DNA from: Planctomycetota bacterium
Lineage (GTDB): Bacteria; Planctomycetota; Phycisphaerae; UBA1845; PWPN01
Length of the DNA stretch: 64,000 bases
Direction: 5' to 3'
Assembly (NCBI GenBank): GCA_022711465.1
Contig: JAKLEZ010000024.1
Coordinates: forward strand, 17,938-81,937
The translations under genes were made by a program, and so were the position numbers. Position 1 is the first letter of the stretch. Each line of letters begins with the position of its first letter. Shown piece after piece: positions 27,114 through 36,500 of the stretch. The notes beneath the pieces were generated by a model. The model saw nothing but the letters and a program-made list of their open reading frames with translations, searched no databases and was not told the DNA's origin.

Positions 27114-28451
27114 ATGCCAGCGCTCCGGATGCAGACGATCGAGGCCCCGACGCGTCCCCCTCGTTTCCACTACGCCTGGATCATCCTCGTGGTCGGGACG
27201 CTGGTGGTTTTCGGGTCCTTGGGCCTAGCCCGGTTCGGGTACACTCTGGTGCTACCGGAGATGCAGGCCGAGTTGCGGCTGAACAACACGCAGGCCGGCG
27301 GCCTGGCAACCGCGAATCTCGTGGGGTACCTGGCTCTGGCCGTGGCAGGTGGCGCCCTGGCCAGCCGCTACGGTCCCCGGAAGGTGATTGCGGGCGGCTT
27401 GGCCCTGGCCGCCTTGGGCATGCTGCTGACGGGTTTGGCGGGCAGCTTCACCGCCACCATGGCCTGGCGGGCGCTGACTGGGGTAGGCAGCGGGGCCAGC
27501 AATGTGCCGGTGATGGGTCTTCTGGCGGCATGGTTTGCCCAACGTCGCCGTGGCCTTGCCGCCGGGATCGGGGTGACGGGATCTTCGTTTGCGATCATCG
27601 TGTTGGGCCCGCTTGTGCCCCGCATGCTGGCCAGTTACGGCCAGAGTGGCTGGCGTGTCTGCTGGTTTCTGTTCGCGGCGGCAACGCTGGGGTTGGCCAT
27701 CCTGTCGCTGGCCGCCTTGCGTAATCGGCCCTCGGAGGTTGGGCTGCGACCGCTGGGATCGACGGGAGGCGGGGAGCCGGCTTCCTCCGTGCACCAGGGA
27801 CTCCAGTGGAGCACGGTCTATCGTTCCGGGACGGTCTGGCACGTGGGCTTGATCTACGTTGCCTTTGGTTTCTCGTACATCATCTACATGACCTTCTTCA
27901 CCAAGTACCTGACTACCGAGGGTGAATACACCCCGGCGTCGGCGGGCAGGCTTTTCATGCTGATGGGCTGGATGAGCCTGCTGTGCGGGCTGGTCTGGGG
28001 GTGGGTCTCGGATGTCATCGGACGCAAGGGGGCCCTGATCATCGTTTATCTGATTCACGCCGTGGCCTTTGGCCTGTTTGCGTTGTGGCCATCACCGGCC
28101 GGCTTTACCCTCTCTGCAGTTCTTTTTGGGCTCTCGGCATGGAGCATCCCGGCGATCATGGCCGCCACGTGCGGTGATTTGCTTGGCCCGAGGCTGGCGC
28201 CTGCCGGGCTGGGTTTTGTCACCCTCTTTTTTGGCGTTGGCCAGGCTGCGGGTCCGAGTGCTGCGGGTGCCGTGGCGGATGCCACGGGATCGCTTTCCCT
28301 GGCGTTTGTGCTTGCCGCCGTTGTCGCCCTGCTGGGGGCCCTGGGTACCCTGATGCTCCGCGACGCCGGCATGGTGCGGGGCGGTCGCCAGGCCGGCGGA
28401 TCGTTGCCGGCGGGCGGGTGTGCCTCGCAGGTCCCGGACGAGCCCTCGTGA
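27114..28451 (+). CDS. MFS transporter
   Basis: 445 aa, about 12 TM segments. It has an MFS-type loop (ASRYGPRKV) and internal two-fold symmetry. Confidence 0.85.
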   Translation: MPALRMQTIEAPTRPPRFHYAWIILVVGTLVVFGSLGLARFGYTLVLPEMQAELRLNNTQAGGLATANLVGYLALAVAGGALASRYGPRKVIAGGLALAALGMLLTGLAGSFTATMAWRALTGVGSGASNVPVMGLLAAWFAQRRRGLAAGIGVTGSSFAIIVLGPLVPRMLASYGQSGWRVCWFLFAAATLGLAILSLAALRNRPSEVGLRPLGSTGGGEPASSVHQGLQWSTVYRSGTVWHVGLIYVAFGFSYIIYMTFFTKYLTTEGEYTPASAGRLFMLMGWMSLLCGLVWGWVSDVIGRKGALIIVYLIHAVAFGLFALWPSPAGFTLSAVLFGLSAWSIPAIMAATCGDLLGPRLAPAGLGFVTLFFGVGQAAGPSAAGAVADATGSLSLAFVLAAVVALLGALGTLMLRDAGMVRGGRQAGGSLPAGGCASQVPDEPS

Positions 28452-28455
28452 GGGT

Positions 28456-28842
28456 CTATGTCGGAAGCGGTTTTCCCTCGAACTTCACGTTCCACCGAAC
28501 TGACCGGCTGGTCGGGGATTGGATGGTGACCCGGACCAGCCCGGTGGCTTTCTCCAGCGACACGCTGACTCCGGCGGTCTGGTCGCCCGCGGAAATGGTG
28601 GCGGCGACGGGTTCCCAGGCTTGCCCGCCGTCGGTGATTCCGGCAATTCGGAGCTCGTAAGGATCCTGGCCGACGACGCGGCTCGTGGCGGACAGGGCGC
28701 GCATGTTCTGACTCACATTGCAGCTGGAGAAGAAGACGTCCGGGCCGGCCGCTTCGCGCAGCAGCTTGAGACCGCCGCGGAGGACTTCGATGTTGGTTTT
28801 TTTCGGGTCGTGAAAGGGGGCGTTGGAGTTGTCATGGTCCGT
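28456..28842 (-). pseudogene. Possible 5'-truncated gene relic (TIM-barrel glycosidase C-terminus-like)
   Basis: The minus frame is open for 129 codons: TDHDNSNAPFHDPKKTNIEVLRGGLKLLREAAGPDVFFSSCNVSQNMRALSATSRVVGQDPYEL... followed by a beta-rich tail. The first 42 codons contain no ATG/GTG/TTG, and the frame overlaps the stop of the upstream esterase gene. The only possible start is GTG 28716 (86 aa). Confidence 0.3.
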
Positions 28843-30781
28843 TCACCAGAAGCTGGAAGACATGAAGGCCGGTGCCTGAGCTCTTCGGGTTGTGCTCGGC
28901 AGTCAGGCGGACCCGGGCGATATGGCGGCCGGGCTCGAGTCTGTCGGAGAACATCACGGCCCAGGGCAGGTAAAGGGATTCGCTCCAGGATGTGAAGGTG
29001 TCGTACCGCCGGCCGGGGCCGCCGTCGACCGCGACTTCCATGATGCCGGCGTCGGGTCCCGCGCCGATCAGCAGGCCCGCGCCGGTGCCGGCGAATTCGA
29101 ACTCGAACTCGGCTCCCGGCACCGTGGCGTCGAGCGCGGGCACGTGCACATAACCCGGGCGTGTTTCCCGTGCGATCGCCGGTGTCCAATCCGGGACGAG
29201 TGTGCAGTCCCTGATGATTCTCGCTTTTTCGGGCGAGACGAGCCGTCCCCGGAAGAAGCTCTGCGGATCCAGCGGCTCTGCGGGCAGGTTGTGTTCCCTT
29301 AGACCGGTCGCCGGTATTCCGTAGGCGGCATCCAGCAGCCGGGTGATGCTGTTCGTGTACACCCAGTGGCCGAACGGTGCCGGGTGGAGATCCTTGAAGT
29401 CGTCCGACCAGCTGAACTGGCGCGCGTTGATGCGGTCGGCAACCTCTCGAGCGAGGTTGAGCGAGGGGTTGCCGTAAGCCTCAGCCACCCGTTCATGTTG
29501 AGCGATGGATGCCGGCTGGCGGCCGCAATTGTAGTCGGCGATGTGTTCGGGCATCACGAAGTGTAGATGGACGATGTCCATCAGCGGGTTGGCGATGCGG
29601 GCGTGGCGGACGATTCCTTCCATTCCGCGCAGCATCAAGGCGGGCTCAAGGACGTTGGTTGTGTCATTGACGGCGGCCTCGACGAATAGCAGATCCACTG
29701 GCCCGGGCGAGAGCACATCGCGCTCCAGGCGGAAGGCATGGGGCACGGATCCGAGTGAGGGGACGCCGGCGCTGATGAAGTCGAACCGGGTTTGCGGGAA
29801 CCGCTTCTGCAGATAGCGGGTCATCTCCTCGCGCCAGCCCGACATGGCGGTGATCGAGCCGCCCAGAAACGCGATCCGGCCGGTTCCGTCCCGCTCGAAC
29901 CTGAGGTGCGAGTTGTTCAAGCCGTCGCGCAGGGTGAAGTACTCGACGCCCTTGGGCGACACTGTGCTGTGTCGCATGACGAACCGTGCCGACTGGAAAG
30001 CCTCGGGCGGGGGGAAGTGATGTCCGTTGCTCTCCTTCGTTCCCTCCTGCACGATGACGATTTCCACGTCCCACCCGAGTTTTCGGAGCCGTCGACGCGC
30101 CTCCAGCGTATTTTCCTCCGGCGGTACCACTTGGTCGTTGAGGGAAACGACGTGACGCAGCGGGGTCTTCGCGGCGGCCAGTCTCGGCAGGAGGTCCAGC
30201 GGATTGCCGTTGAAAGCCAGGGCCTCGCTTTCCGACTTGAAGCCGTAGTGGCGGTGGGCCTCCTCCCACTCTTTGCGTGATCCCGGCCACCGGCGTGGCC
30301 AGCTCTTCAGATCCATCACCGGCGTGTCCGCGTAGATGCAGGCGATGCGCTCGGGTCGCCGTGCCGCATAGCGGTAGGCGTGCAAACCGCCGCGGCTCAC
30401 GGCTTCCAAGGCGGGTCGGACGCTCAAGCCGCGCTGCCTGGTGACCTGCTCGTAGAATCGATCCATCAGGTCCAGTGACGAATCGCAACCCAGCATGTCC
30501 ACGCAGTCGATGAACCCGACGTGCCAGCCGCTTCGCAGCAACTCCAGGTCGACCTCGGGGTGGAAGTCCGGGAACGACGTGCGCCAAATCCAAGGTCGGC
30601 CGGGCGCGGCTATCCGAGGCTCGGTGACGAAGCACTGGCGGTCGGCGATCGAGAACGATTTCCGCGTGAATCCGTTCCACTGTGAAGCCGGGGCCGGCGT
30701 GTCAGCGAACAGCGCGCTGCCGGTGGCTTGGGCCAGCAGCGACACGGCCATTCCAAGAGCAGTCGATGTGCAACGGGTCAT
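28832..30781 (-). CDS. Secreted two-esterase fusion: alpha/beta-hydrolase domain + SGNH/GDSL hydrolase domain + C-terminal beta domain
   Basis: ATG 30781 after gaggaggaaaa. Signal peptide MTRCTSTALGMAVSLLAQATG. The alpha/beta part (AVSRGGLHAYRYA nucleophile elbow, IYADTPVMD). The SGNH part (IAFLGGSITAMSGW block I, ISAGVPSLGS block II, VEAAVNDT block III). Confidence 0.7.
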   Translation of the reverse strand: MTRCTSTALGMAVSLLAQATGSALFADTPAPASQWNGFTRKSFSIADRQCFVTEPRIAAPGRPWIWRTSFPDFHPEVDLELLRSGWHVGFIDCVDMLGCDSSLDLMDRFYEQVTRQRGLSVRPALEAVSRGGLHAYRYAARRPERIACIYADTPVMDLKSWPRRWPGSRKEWEEAHRHYGFKSESEALAFNGNPLDLLPRLAAAKTPLRHVVSLNDQVVPPEENTLEARRRLRKLGWDVEIVIVQEGTKESNGHHFPPPEAFQSARFVMRHSTVSPKGVEYFTLRDGLNNSHLRFERDGTGRIAFLGGSITAMSGWREEMTRYLQKRFPQTRFDFISAGVPSLGSVPHAFRLERDVLSPGPVDLLFVEAAVNDTTNVLEPALMLRGMEGIVRHARIANPLMDIVHLHFVMPEHIADYNCGRQPASIAQHERVAEAYGNPSLNLAREVADRINARQFSWSDDFKDLHPAPFGHWVYTNSITRLLDAAYGIPATGLREHNLPAEPLDPQSFFRGRLVSPEKARIIRDCTLVPDWTPAIARETRPGYVHVPALDATVPGAEFEFEFAGTGAGLLIGAGPDAGIMEVAVDGGPGRRYDTFTSWSESLYLPWAVMFSDRLEPGRHIARVRLTAEHNPKSSGTGLHVFQLLVNGP

Positions 30782-31079
30782 GAGGGTCGTTTTCCTCCTC
30801 GCTCGGACTGGCCGCGTCGCCGTTCCGCCGGTGCCCGCCCGGACTGGCGTTTCAGGAAATGGTGCGTGGCCGACTCGCAGGTTTGCGACGTGCGGTTGCC
30901 GATGGTGGTCTCGGACGTGCATGCCTGCGGATGAGGATTGTACCCGATGAAGGTCGGCGAGGTCTTGGGGGGGACGGGTTGCCCGGCCGGGGGTGAGCGG
31001 GGGCCGGTCAGTGGCCGTCGGTGGTGGGAGTACAGCGGGTAGGCCGAAGTCTGGGACGGATCTGGCCGGGAGCTGGGAC

Positions 31080-31961
31080 TCACGGGGTGAGTCGTCTGAC
31101 CTTGATGGTCAGGGGCACGCCGGATGTGGAGGAGCTTCCGCCGATCCGCAGGGCGGAGCTGCTCCAGTGGACGCCGAGCACCCATTCCCCGGTGCCGCCC
31201 CGTTGGGTGTTCTTGATCCAGTTGGTGTGCCCATCGAGGTAGCCCATGTTCACCCCGGTGCAGGCGGCCTGGGAGGCCGAGGTGTAGTAGTTGGTGTAGG
31301 CGGGGATATCCGCGTTGTTGGTTCGTTCCGACGACCGGCCGTGGTTGAAGACATACTTGGTGAGATTGGTCACGCCGGGTCCGCTGGCGGTGTACTCGTC
31401 CTGGACGATGGGGACCGAGGAGGGTGAGCCTCCGGCGGTCCATTCCTGTTTCGGAGCCCACGGTCTGTCGAGCGAGGTGCCCTGGAACACGCAGGTCGAG
31501 TTATAGAGCATCATGACCTGGGCGCCCATGTAGCCGGCAGACAGAGCCTTTTCGATGTTGGCGGGATCGTCCAGTCGCGGGCCTCCGTTGGCGGGACAGC
31601 TGAAGATCTCCATCTGGTTTCCGATGTAGCGTTTCATGATCGCGCGGAGATCGTAGACGCCGCGACCGCTGGGATCGTAGGATGCCAGGACGGTGTCGAT
31701 CCACCAGGAAGCCCCGTTGTTGGCGTACTGGGTTGCGTTTCTCGGCAGGTGTCCCCGGTAGTCCTGGCCGTACATGATGCAGGCGTTGAGGTGCTGGTGC
31801 ATGTTGGATGCGCAGGTGACTTGTTTGGTTTGCTCGCGAGCGCGGCTCAGGGAAGGAATGAGGACGGCGATGAGTAGGGCGATGATCGCCACGACGACGA
31901 GGACCTCGATCAGCGTGAATCCTGCTATGGCCCTGGTCTTGTGCAGATGTCGCCCGCTCAT
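31080..31961 (-). CDS. Prepilin-type N-terminal cleavage/methylation protein, DUF1559 / H-X9-DG family (pseudopilin-like)
   Basis: G|FTLIEVLVVVAIIALLIAVLIPSL prepilin motif. C-terminal MGYLDGHTNW (H-X9-DG-type DGH). Confidence 0.85.
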   Translation of the reverse strand: MSGRHLHKTRAIAGFTLIEVLVVVAIIALLIAVLIPSLSRAREQTKQVTCASNMHQHLNACIMYGQDYRGHLPRNATQYANNGASWWIDTVLASYDPSGRGVYDLRAIMKRYIGNQMEIFSCPANGGPRLDDPANIEKALSAGYMGAQVMMLYNSTCVFQGTSLDRPWAPKQEWTAGGSPSSVPIVQDEYTASGPGVTNLTKYVFNHGRSSERTNNADIPAYTNYYTSASQAACTGVNMGYLDGHTNWIKNTQRGGTGEWVLGVHWSSSALRIGGSSSTSGVPLTIKVRRLTP

Positions 31962-32026
31962 GTGGCATCCTCCGCGGTGACTCTACGCCCCACGAACATC
32001 GGCTGGGATGTTATGCCGCTTATGAT

Positions 32027-32055
32027 AGAATATCGACCTATTCCGATCTTGTCAA
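32027..32055 (-). promoter_or_regulatory. Candidate sigma70-type promoter (TTGACA-N17-TATTCT) for the pseudopilin gene; overlaps a weaker divergent TTGTCA-N17-TATCCG
   Basis: Minus strand: TTGACA (32055-32050), 17-nt spacer, TATTCT (32032-32027). It lies about 65 nt upstream of start 31961, inside the most AT-rich patch of this intergenic region. Confidence 0.4.
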
Positions 32056-32297
32056 GAAGGTGAACGACCGATATCCGGTCTTTCTTTGCCACGAAATGTG
32101 GTTTTTTCTGGAGAGGCGGGGAAGAGAGGCTTGACAGCGAAGCCCTGGTCTGGTGTAATGGCGGGTAGAACAGTGAGTGGGAACGCGCCCTGGGGCGAGG
32201 CGGCCGGTCGTCAGGGAAGGGAGGCATGTGTGGCGCGGGCGAGTGGGCGGGTCTGTAGCGTGGCGGGTGGCGGTTCGGGGCAGGTGCGAGCGTTTCG

Positions 32298-33449
32298 ATG
32301 AGGCGAGAGGAAGGGTTCAATGACGTTCTGGACGTTGGCCCGGTGGCCATGCGGGTGGTTCGTCGGCTTCGCCGGCAGGTTCTGACTGGCGGTTTGAAGG
32401 CTGGCGAGGAACTGCCGTCGGTCCGTGAGCTGGCTCGGACCAGCGGGGCGGGGGTGGTGAGTGCTCACCGAGCCCTGCAGCGGATTGAAAGCGAAGGGTG
32501 GGCCAGCCGGGGCGGCGGCCGGCGGTTGCGGATCAATCACGACGCGGTTCGTCTGGCCGAGGCCCAGCTTCGCCAGGAGCCGCCGACCCGGGTTTTCTGG
32601 CTGAGTCCCTCGCGCGTGCGTCTCAGTTCGGAGATGGCGGTCAACACCATCTCGGAAGGTCTTTTTCAGGTTTTCCCGGGTTGTTCCCCTCACTACTTGT
32701 ATGTTGATCTGTCTGCGGGTTTTGGTCCGGTGGAGCAGCTGATCCGCCAGAACGCGGAGTTGCCGTGCGAGGTAGGTTATGTTCTGGCGGGGATGCCCCC
32801 GGCGTTCAAGCGGCTGTTTGCCACCTACGAGTTGCCCTGTGTGGTGCCCGGCTACGTCGAGCCGGGAGTGGGTCTGCCGTGCGTTTACGAGGACATGGTG
32901 AACGTTGGCCGGATGGCCGGCGAGCTGTTGTGCCGGAGGGGGCGGGTGGTGGCCCTCTGCCATCAGGAGCTTATTGGAGCTGAGGTCTTCCTGGTCGAAG
33001 GGGTTCGGGAGGCGGCCAGGGTCATGGGAGCTCACATTCCCAGCGCCGCCGAGTTCTACTACCACCTCATGCCCGATATGGCCGACTATGCCCGGGCGAT
33101 TGACCTGTTGCTTGATCAAAGCGACGGTCCCGTGGGCATCCTGGCGGTTCAACCGGAGTTTGCGATGCTGGCCCTGCAGGCCGCCGCCCGGCGTCGCATA
33201 CCCATCCCCGAGCGAGTGCAGGTCGTCGCGTTACATCATCATCCGATGTATTCCTTCGCCTATCCGGCGATCACCTCGATCGGGCCCTATTCGCTGGTTG
33301 AACTGGGCCGCCGATGCGCGGAGATGCTGGCCGAATCGATGGGTGGGCGGTCCAAAGCTGCTCCGCGGGAGATCATCCGGTCCACGCTGGTTGAACGAGA
33401 ATCGACGCTGCCGCGGGCCACGGGTGCCCAGCGGCCGGCGGCGGGTTAG
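32298..33449 (+). CDS. GntR-type HTH regulator fused to a periplasmic-binding-protein-like (PBP1/LacI-type) sensor domain
   Basis: N-terminal winged HTH (GLKAGEELPSVRELARTSGAGVVSAHRALQRIESEGW). The remaining ~300 aa has the alternating beta-alpha pattern of a sugar-binding fold. The true start may be Met-18 (32349). Confidence 0.7.
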   Translation: MRREEGFNDVLDVGPVAMRVVRRLRRQVLTGGLKAGEELPSVRELARTSGAGVVSAHRALQRIESEGWASRGGGRRLRINHDAVRLAEAQLRQEPPTRVFWLSPSRVRLSSEMAVNTISEGLFQVFPGCSPHYLYVDLSAGFGPVEQLIRQNAELPCEVGYVLAGMPPAFKRLFATYELPCVVPGYVEPGVGLPCVYEDMVNVGRMAGELLCRRGRVVALCHQELIGAEVFLVEGVREAARVMGAHIPSAAEFYYHLMPDMADYARAIDLLLDQSDGPVGILAVQPEFAMLALQAAARRRIPIPERVQVVALHHHPMYSFAYPAITSIGPYSLVELGRRCAEMLAESMGGRSKAAPREIIRSTLVERESTLPRATGAQRPAAG

Positions 33450-33508
33450 AAGAGCACCGGGCCGTCTCGTGTGGCTTGGGGCTCTCTTGCGGTTCTGGAG
33501 GTTGGAAG

Positions 33509-36500
33509 ATGAGACGATACCTTATTTCCGCGGGGGTGGTACTGGGCGCAATCCTGTGTCTTGGGTCAGCCTCGTGGGCCACGCAGATCACGGTGAACGG
33601 GGTCACTTCCCTCTTTGACGACTATGAGGCGCCCGATGTCTTGGGCTTGCCGCCGGTGGCCAATATCGGCACGTGGACGGTCCGCGGCGGGACGGTGCAG
33701 GAAGTCACTCCTCCCGGGGCTTATCAGGGCAGTCAGTTCCTCGCGATGTTCAACGCCGACAGCCCTATCCTGCACAAGTTGAACCCCGTCGGTAGCGGGA
33801 CCGGCACGGTCATCCGCTTGGACACCATGGTTTTCCTGCCCCCGGCCGCTCAGGGTCAGGAAGCCTGGTATCAGATGGTTTGGTACGACACCTCGGGTAC
33901 AACGGTGGGAGCCGACAACTCGCCCATCCACACCGCGATCATCGGTGATCAGCTCCGTTACTGCGAGGGTGGGTCTGCCTACTCGACGAGCGGCGTCCCG
34001 GTCGCCTACGGTGTCTGGCAGCACTGGGTGATTGAATACACCGTCGGCTCGGGTCAGTTCACGGCGACCGTCGACGGCGCATCCATGACCATGGGTCTGA
34101 ACGCCCGCAGCTCCGATGTGGGCATTGGCTATGTCCAGTTCTTCGCCAACAGCGCCGCGGGAAGCAACCCGATCCTCTTCGACGCCGCCGTGAGCCAGGG
34201 CACCAATGACACCTGCACCAACGCCTTTTCGCTCGGCGACGGCCTGATCGCCGGGAGCACCGCGGGGGCGACTCCCGACGGCACCGCCTCTTGCGGCAGC
34301 TCGGACAGTGGCCCGGATGTGTGGTACGTTTACACGGCCACGTGTAACGGACAACTCACCATCGACAGTTGCGGTTCCGACTTCGATACCGTGGTCTCGG
34401 TTCACGCCGACGGTTGTCCGGGCACGGCCGCCACTCAGTTGGCCGGCGGATGCAGCGACGACTGCCCGGGCACGCCCTGCGGCGGGACGGCGTCGTGCGT
34501 GACCGTCGCGGTGACCAACGGGACGCGATACCTGGTGCGTGTGGCCGGCAAGGGCGGGGCGAGCGGGGCGTTTACCCTGAATGCGAGCGTGGTCTGCGAA
34601 TCGGAATGCCCGGGTTTTCCGCAGAATTTCGATACCAATGAGGTGGGTTCGGCGGCCTGCTGGTTTGGCGGGCAGCGGTGGTTTGACCCGACTCCGGGTG
34701 CGACGGTGGCGGTCACCGACACCGATTTCGTCTCCTTTCCGCGCAGTTTGATGGTCACCGGCAGCGGTACGAACATGATGGCCTGGCGGGCGTACGAGAC
34801 GGTGTCGTCCAACGGTACCGATCCAATCAGCGTGTCCTTCGATTTCAAGGTCAACAACTACGCTGAGAACATCGCGTTCAGTCCGTTCGCCTTCAACAAG
34901 GTGTTGTGGGGCGCGGCGGGTACGCCGCACGCTGATGCATTCGGCTGGCCGGTCAACACCAACTACGAGCCCACCGGGCTCTTCAGCTACGTTGATGCGG
35001 TCGCGGGCTCGATCACCATGTTCGCGAAGGACCGAGCCGACCTCAACGGGCAGTGGATCCGCTGGGAAGGAACGCTCTATCCCGCGACCCGCAAGGCGGA
35101 CGTGGTCGTCGAAGTCATGACTGGTCCGGCGGCTGGGACCTCCGGCGGCGTCATTGGCAAGGATTTCCAGTGGGACGTGGCCAACGACTACTATGGCCAG
35201 GCGATGGACGAGATTCGTGGCTCGGTTTTCTTCACCCCGGGCGGTTCCACCTTTGGGCCGGACGATCAGGTCCTGATCGACAACTACGATGTGCGAGTCG
35301 GGCCTCCCGCGACGCCGACCCTGCCGGTGAACGACCTGTGTGCCGACGTCCTGACGATCGGCAACGGCAAGACCTACGGGCGGACGCTGGGCGCGACGCA
35401 GGACGGCGACGCGTCCTGCGGCAACACTTCGGGCAGCCCGGACGTCTGGTACCGGTACACGGCCACCTGCACCGGTGATCTGATCATCAAAGGCTGCGGC
35501 TCCGGTTTCGACGTGGTCATTTCGGTGCATTCGGACACTTGTCCGGGGACGGCCGCCAACCAGTTGGCTTCCGGCTGTGCCCAAGGCTGTGCCACCGGTT
35601 TGTGTGACCAGTTCCAGCCGTGCTTGTCCGTGCCGGTCGTCGAGTCAACGAGCTACCTGATTCGGGTGGCAGGCGTCGATGGACAGTCCGGTTTCTTCGG
35701 GCTGGATCTGTTCTGCTTCGCTCCGATTCTGAACGACACCTGCGAGTCGGCGACGACGATCACGGAGGGCACGGTGTCGGGTACCACGATGATGGCGGCG
35801 GTCGACGGTGATGCTTCGTGCGGCAGCTCGGGCAGCAGCCCGGACGTCTTCTACGCGTTCACGCCGGCAGCCACGGGCACTTACACAATCGGCGTTTGCC
35901 CGAAGAGTGCGTTCACGCCGGTCCTCTCGATCCACTCGGGCTGCCCGGCGGCCCTCGGCAACGAGTTGGCCTGCACCAGCGGCTCAGCCGGTGCTTCGCT
36001 TGTCCTGTCGCTGACCGCTTCAACCACGTACATCATCCGGGTATCCGGAGAGAGCGGCACTTCCGGCGACTTCGATCTGAGTGTGGTCGCCGGCGGCGGG
36101 CTCGCGGCATTGCCGTTGAGCCAAGGCTTTGAGAGTGACACGGTGGGTGCGGCCGCGGGCTGGGAGACCGGCTATCCGACCATCACCTCGTCGGCTTGCG
36201 GTGGCTCGACGGTTACGGTCATCGATACCGAAGCCAGTCCGAATGACGGCGGATCGAGGAGTCTGCACTGGCTTGAGCCGGCAGGGGACGGGCGCAGCGC
36301 ACTCGTCCGGCGATGGGAGCCGCTGCCCAGTGCCGCGACGGGCAAGCTGCGTGTGGCCTATGACTTCAAGATCGTGCAGCACTCGGTGAGCGGCCTGTCG
36401 TTCATCGTCTCCGGTTGGGACCCGAATGGCGCGCTCAATCTCAACCTGTTTGCCATGCGATTCGATCCTGACTCCGGCGACGGTCTCAGCATCGGGATGA

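Noticed and set aside
33566-35584. 672-aa minus-strand ORF opposite the giant secreted protein (similar cases: 36020-37153, 36721-37764, 38767-39579, 41207-43165, 43331-44365)
   Set aside because: All are antisense to plus-strand frames that show internally repeated, paralog-supported domains. The antisense translations are Arg/Gly/Val-rich without structure.
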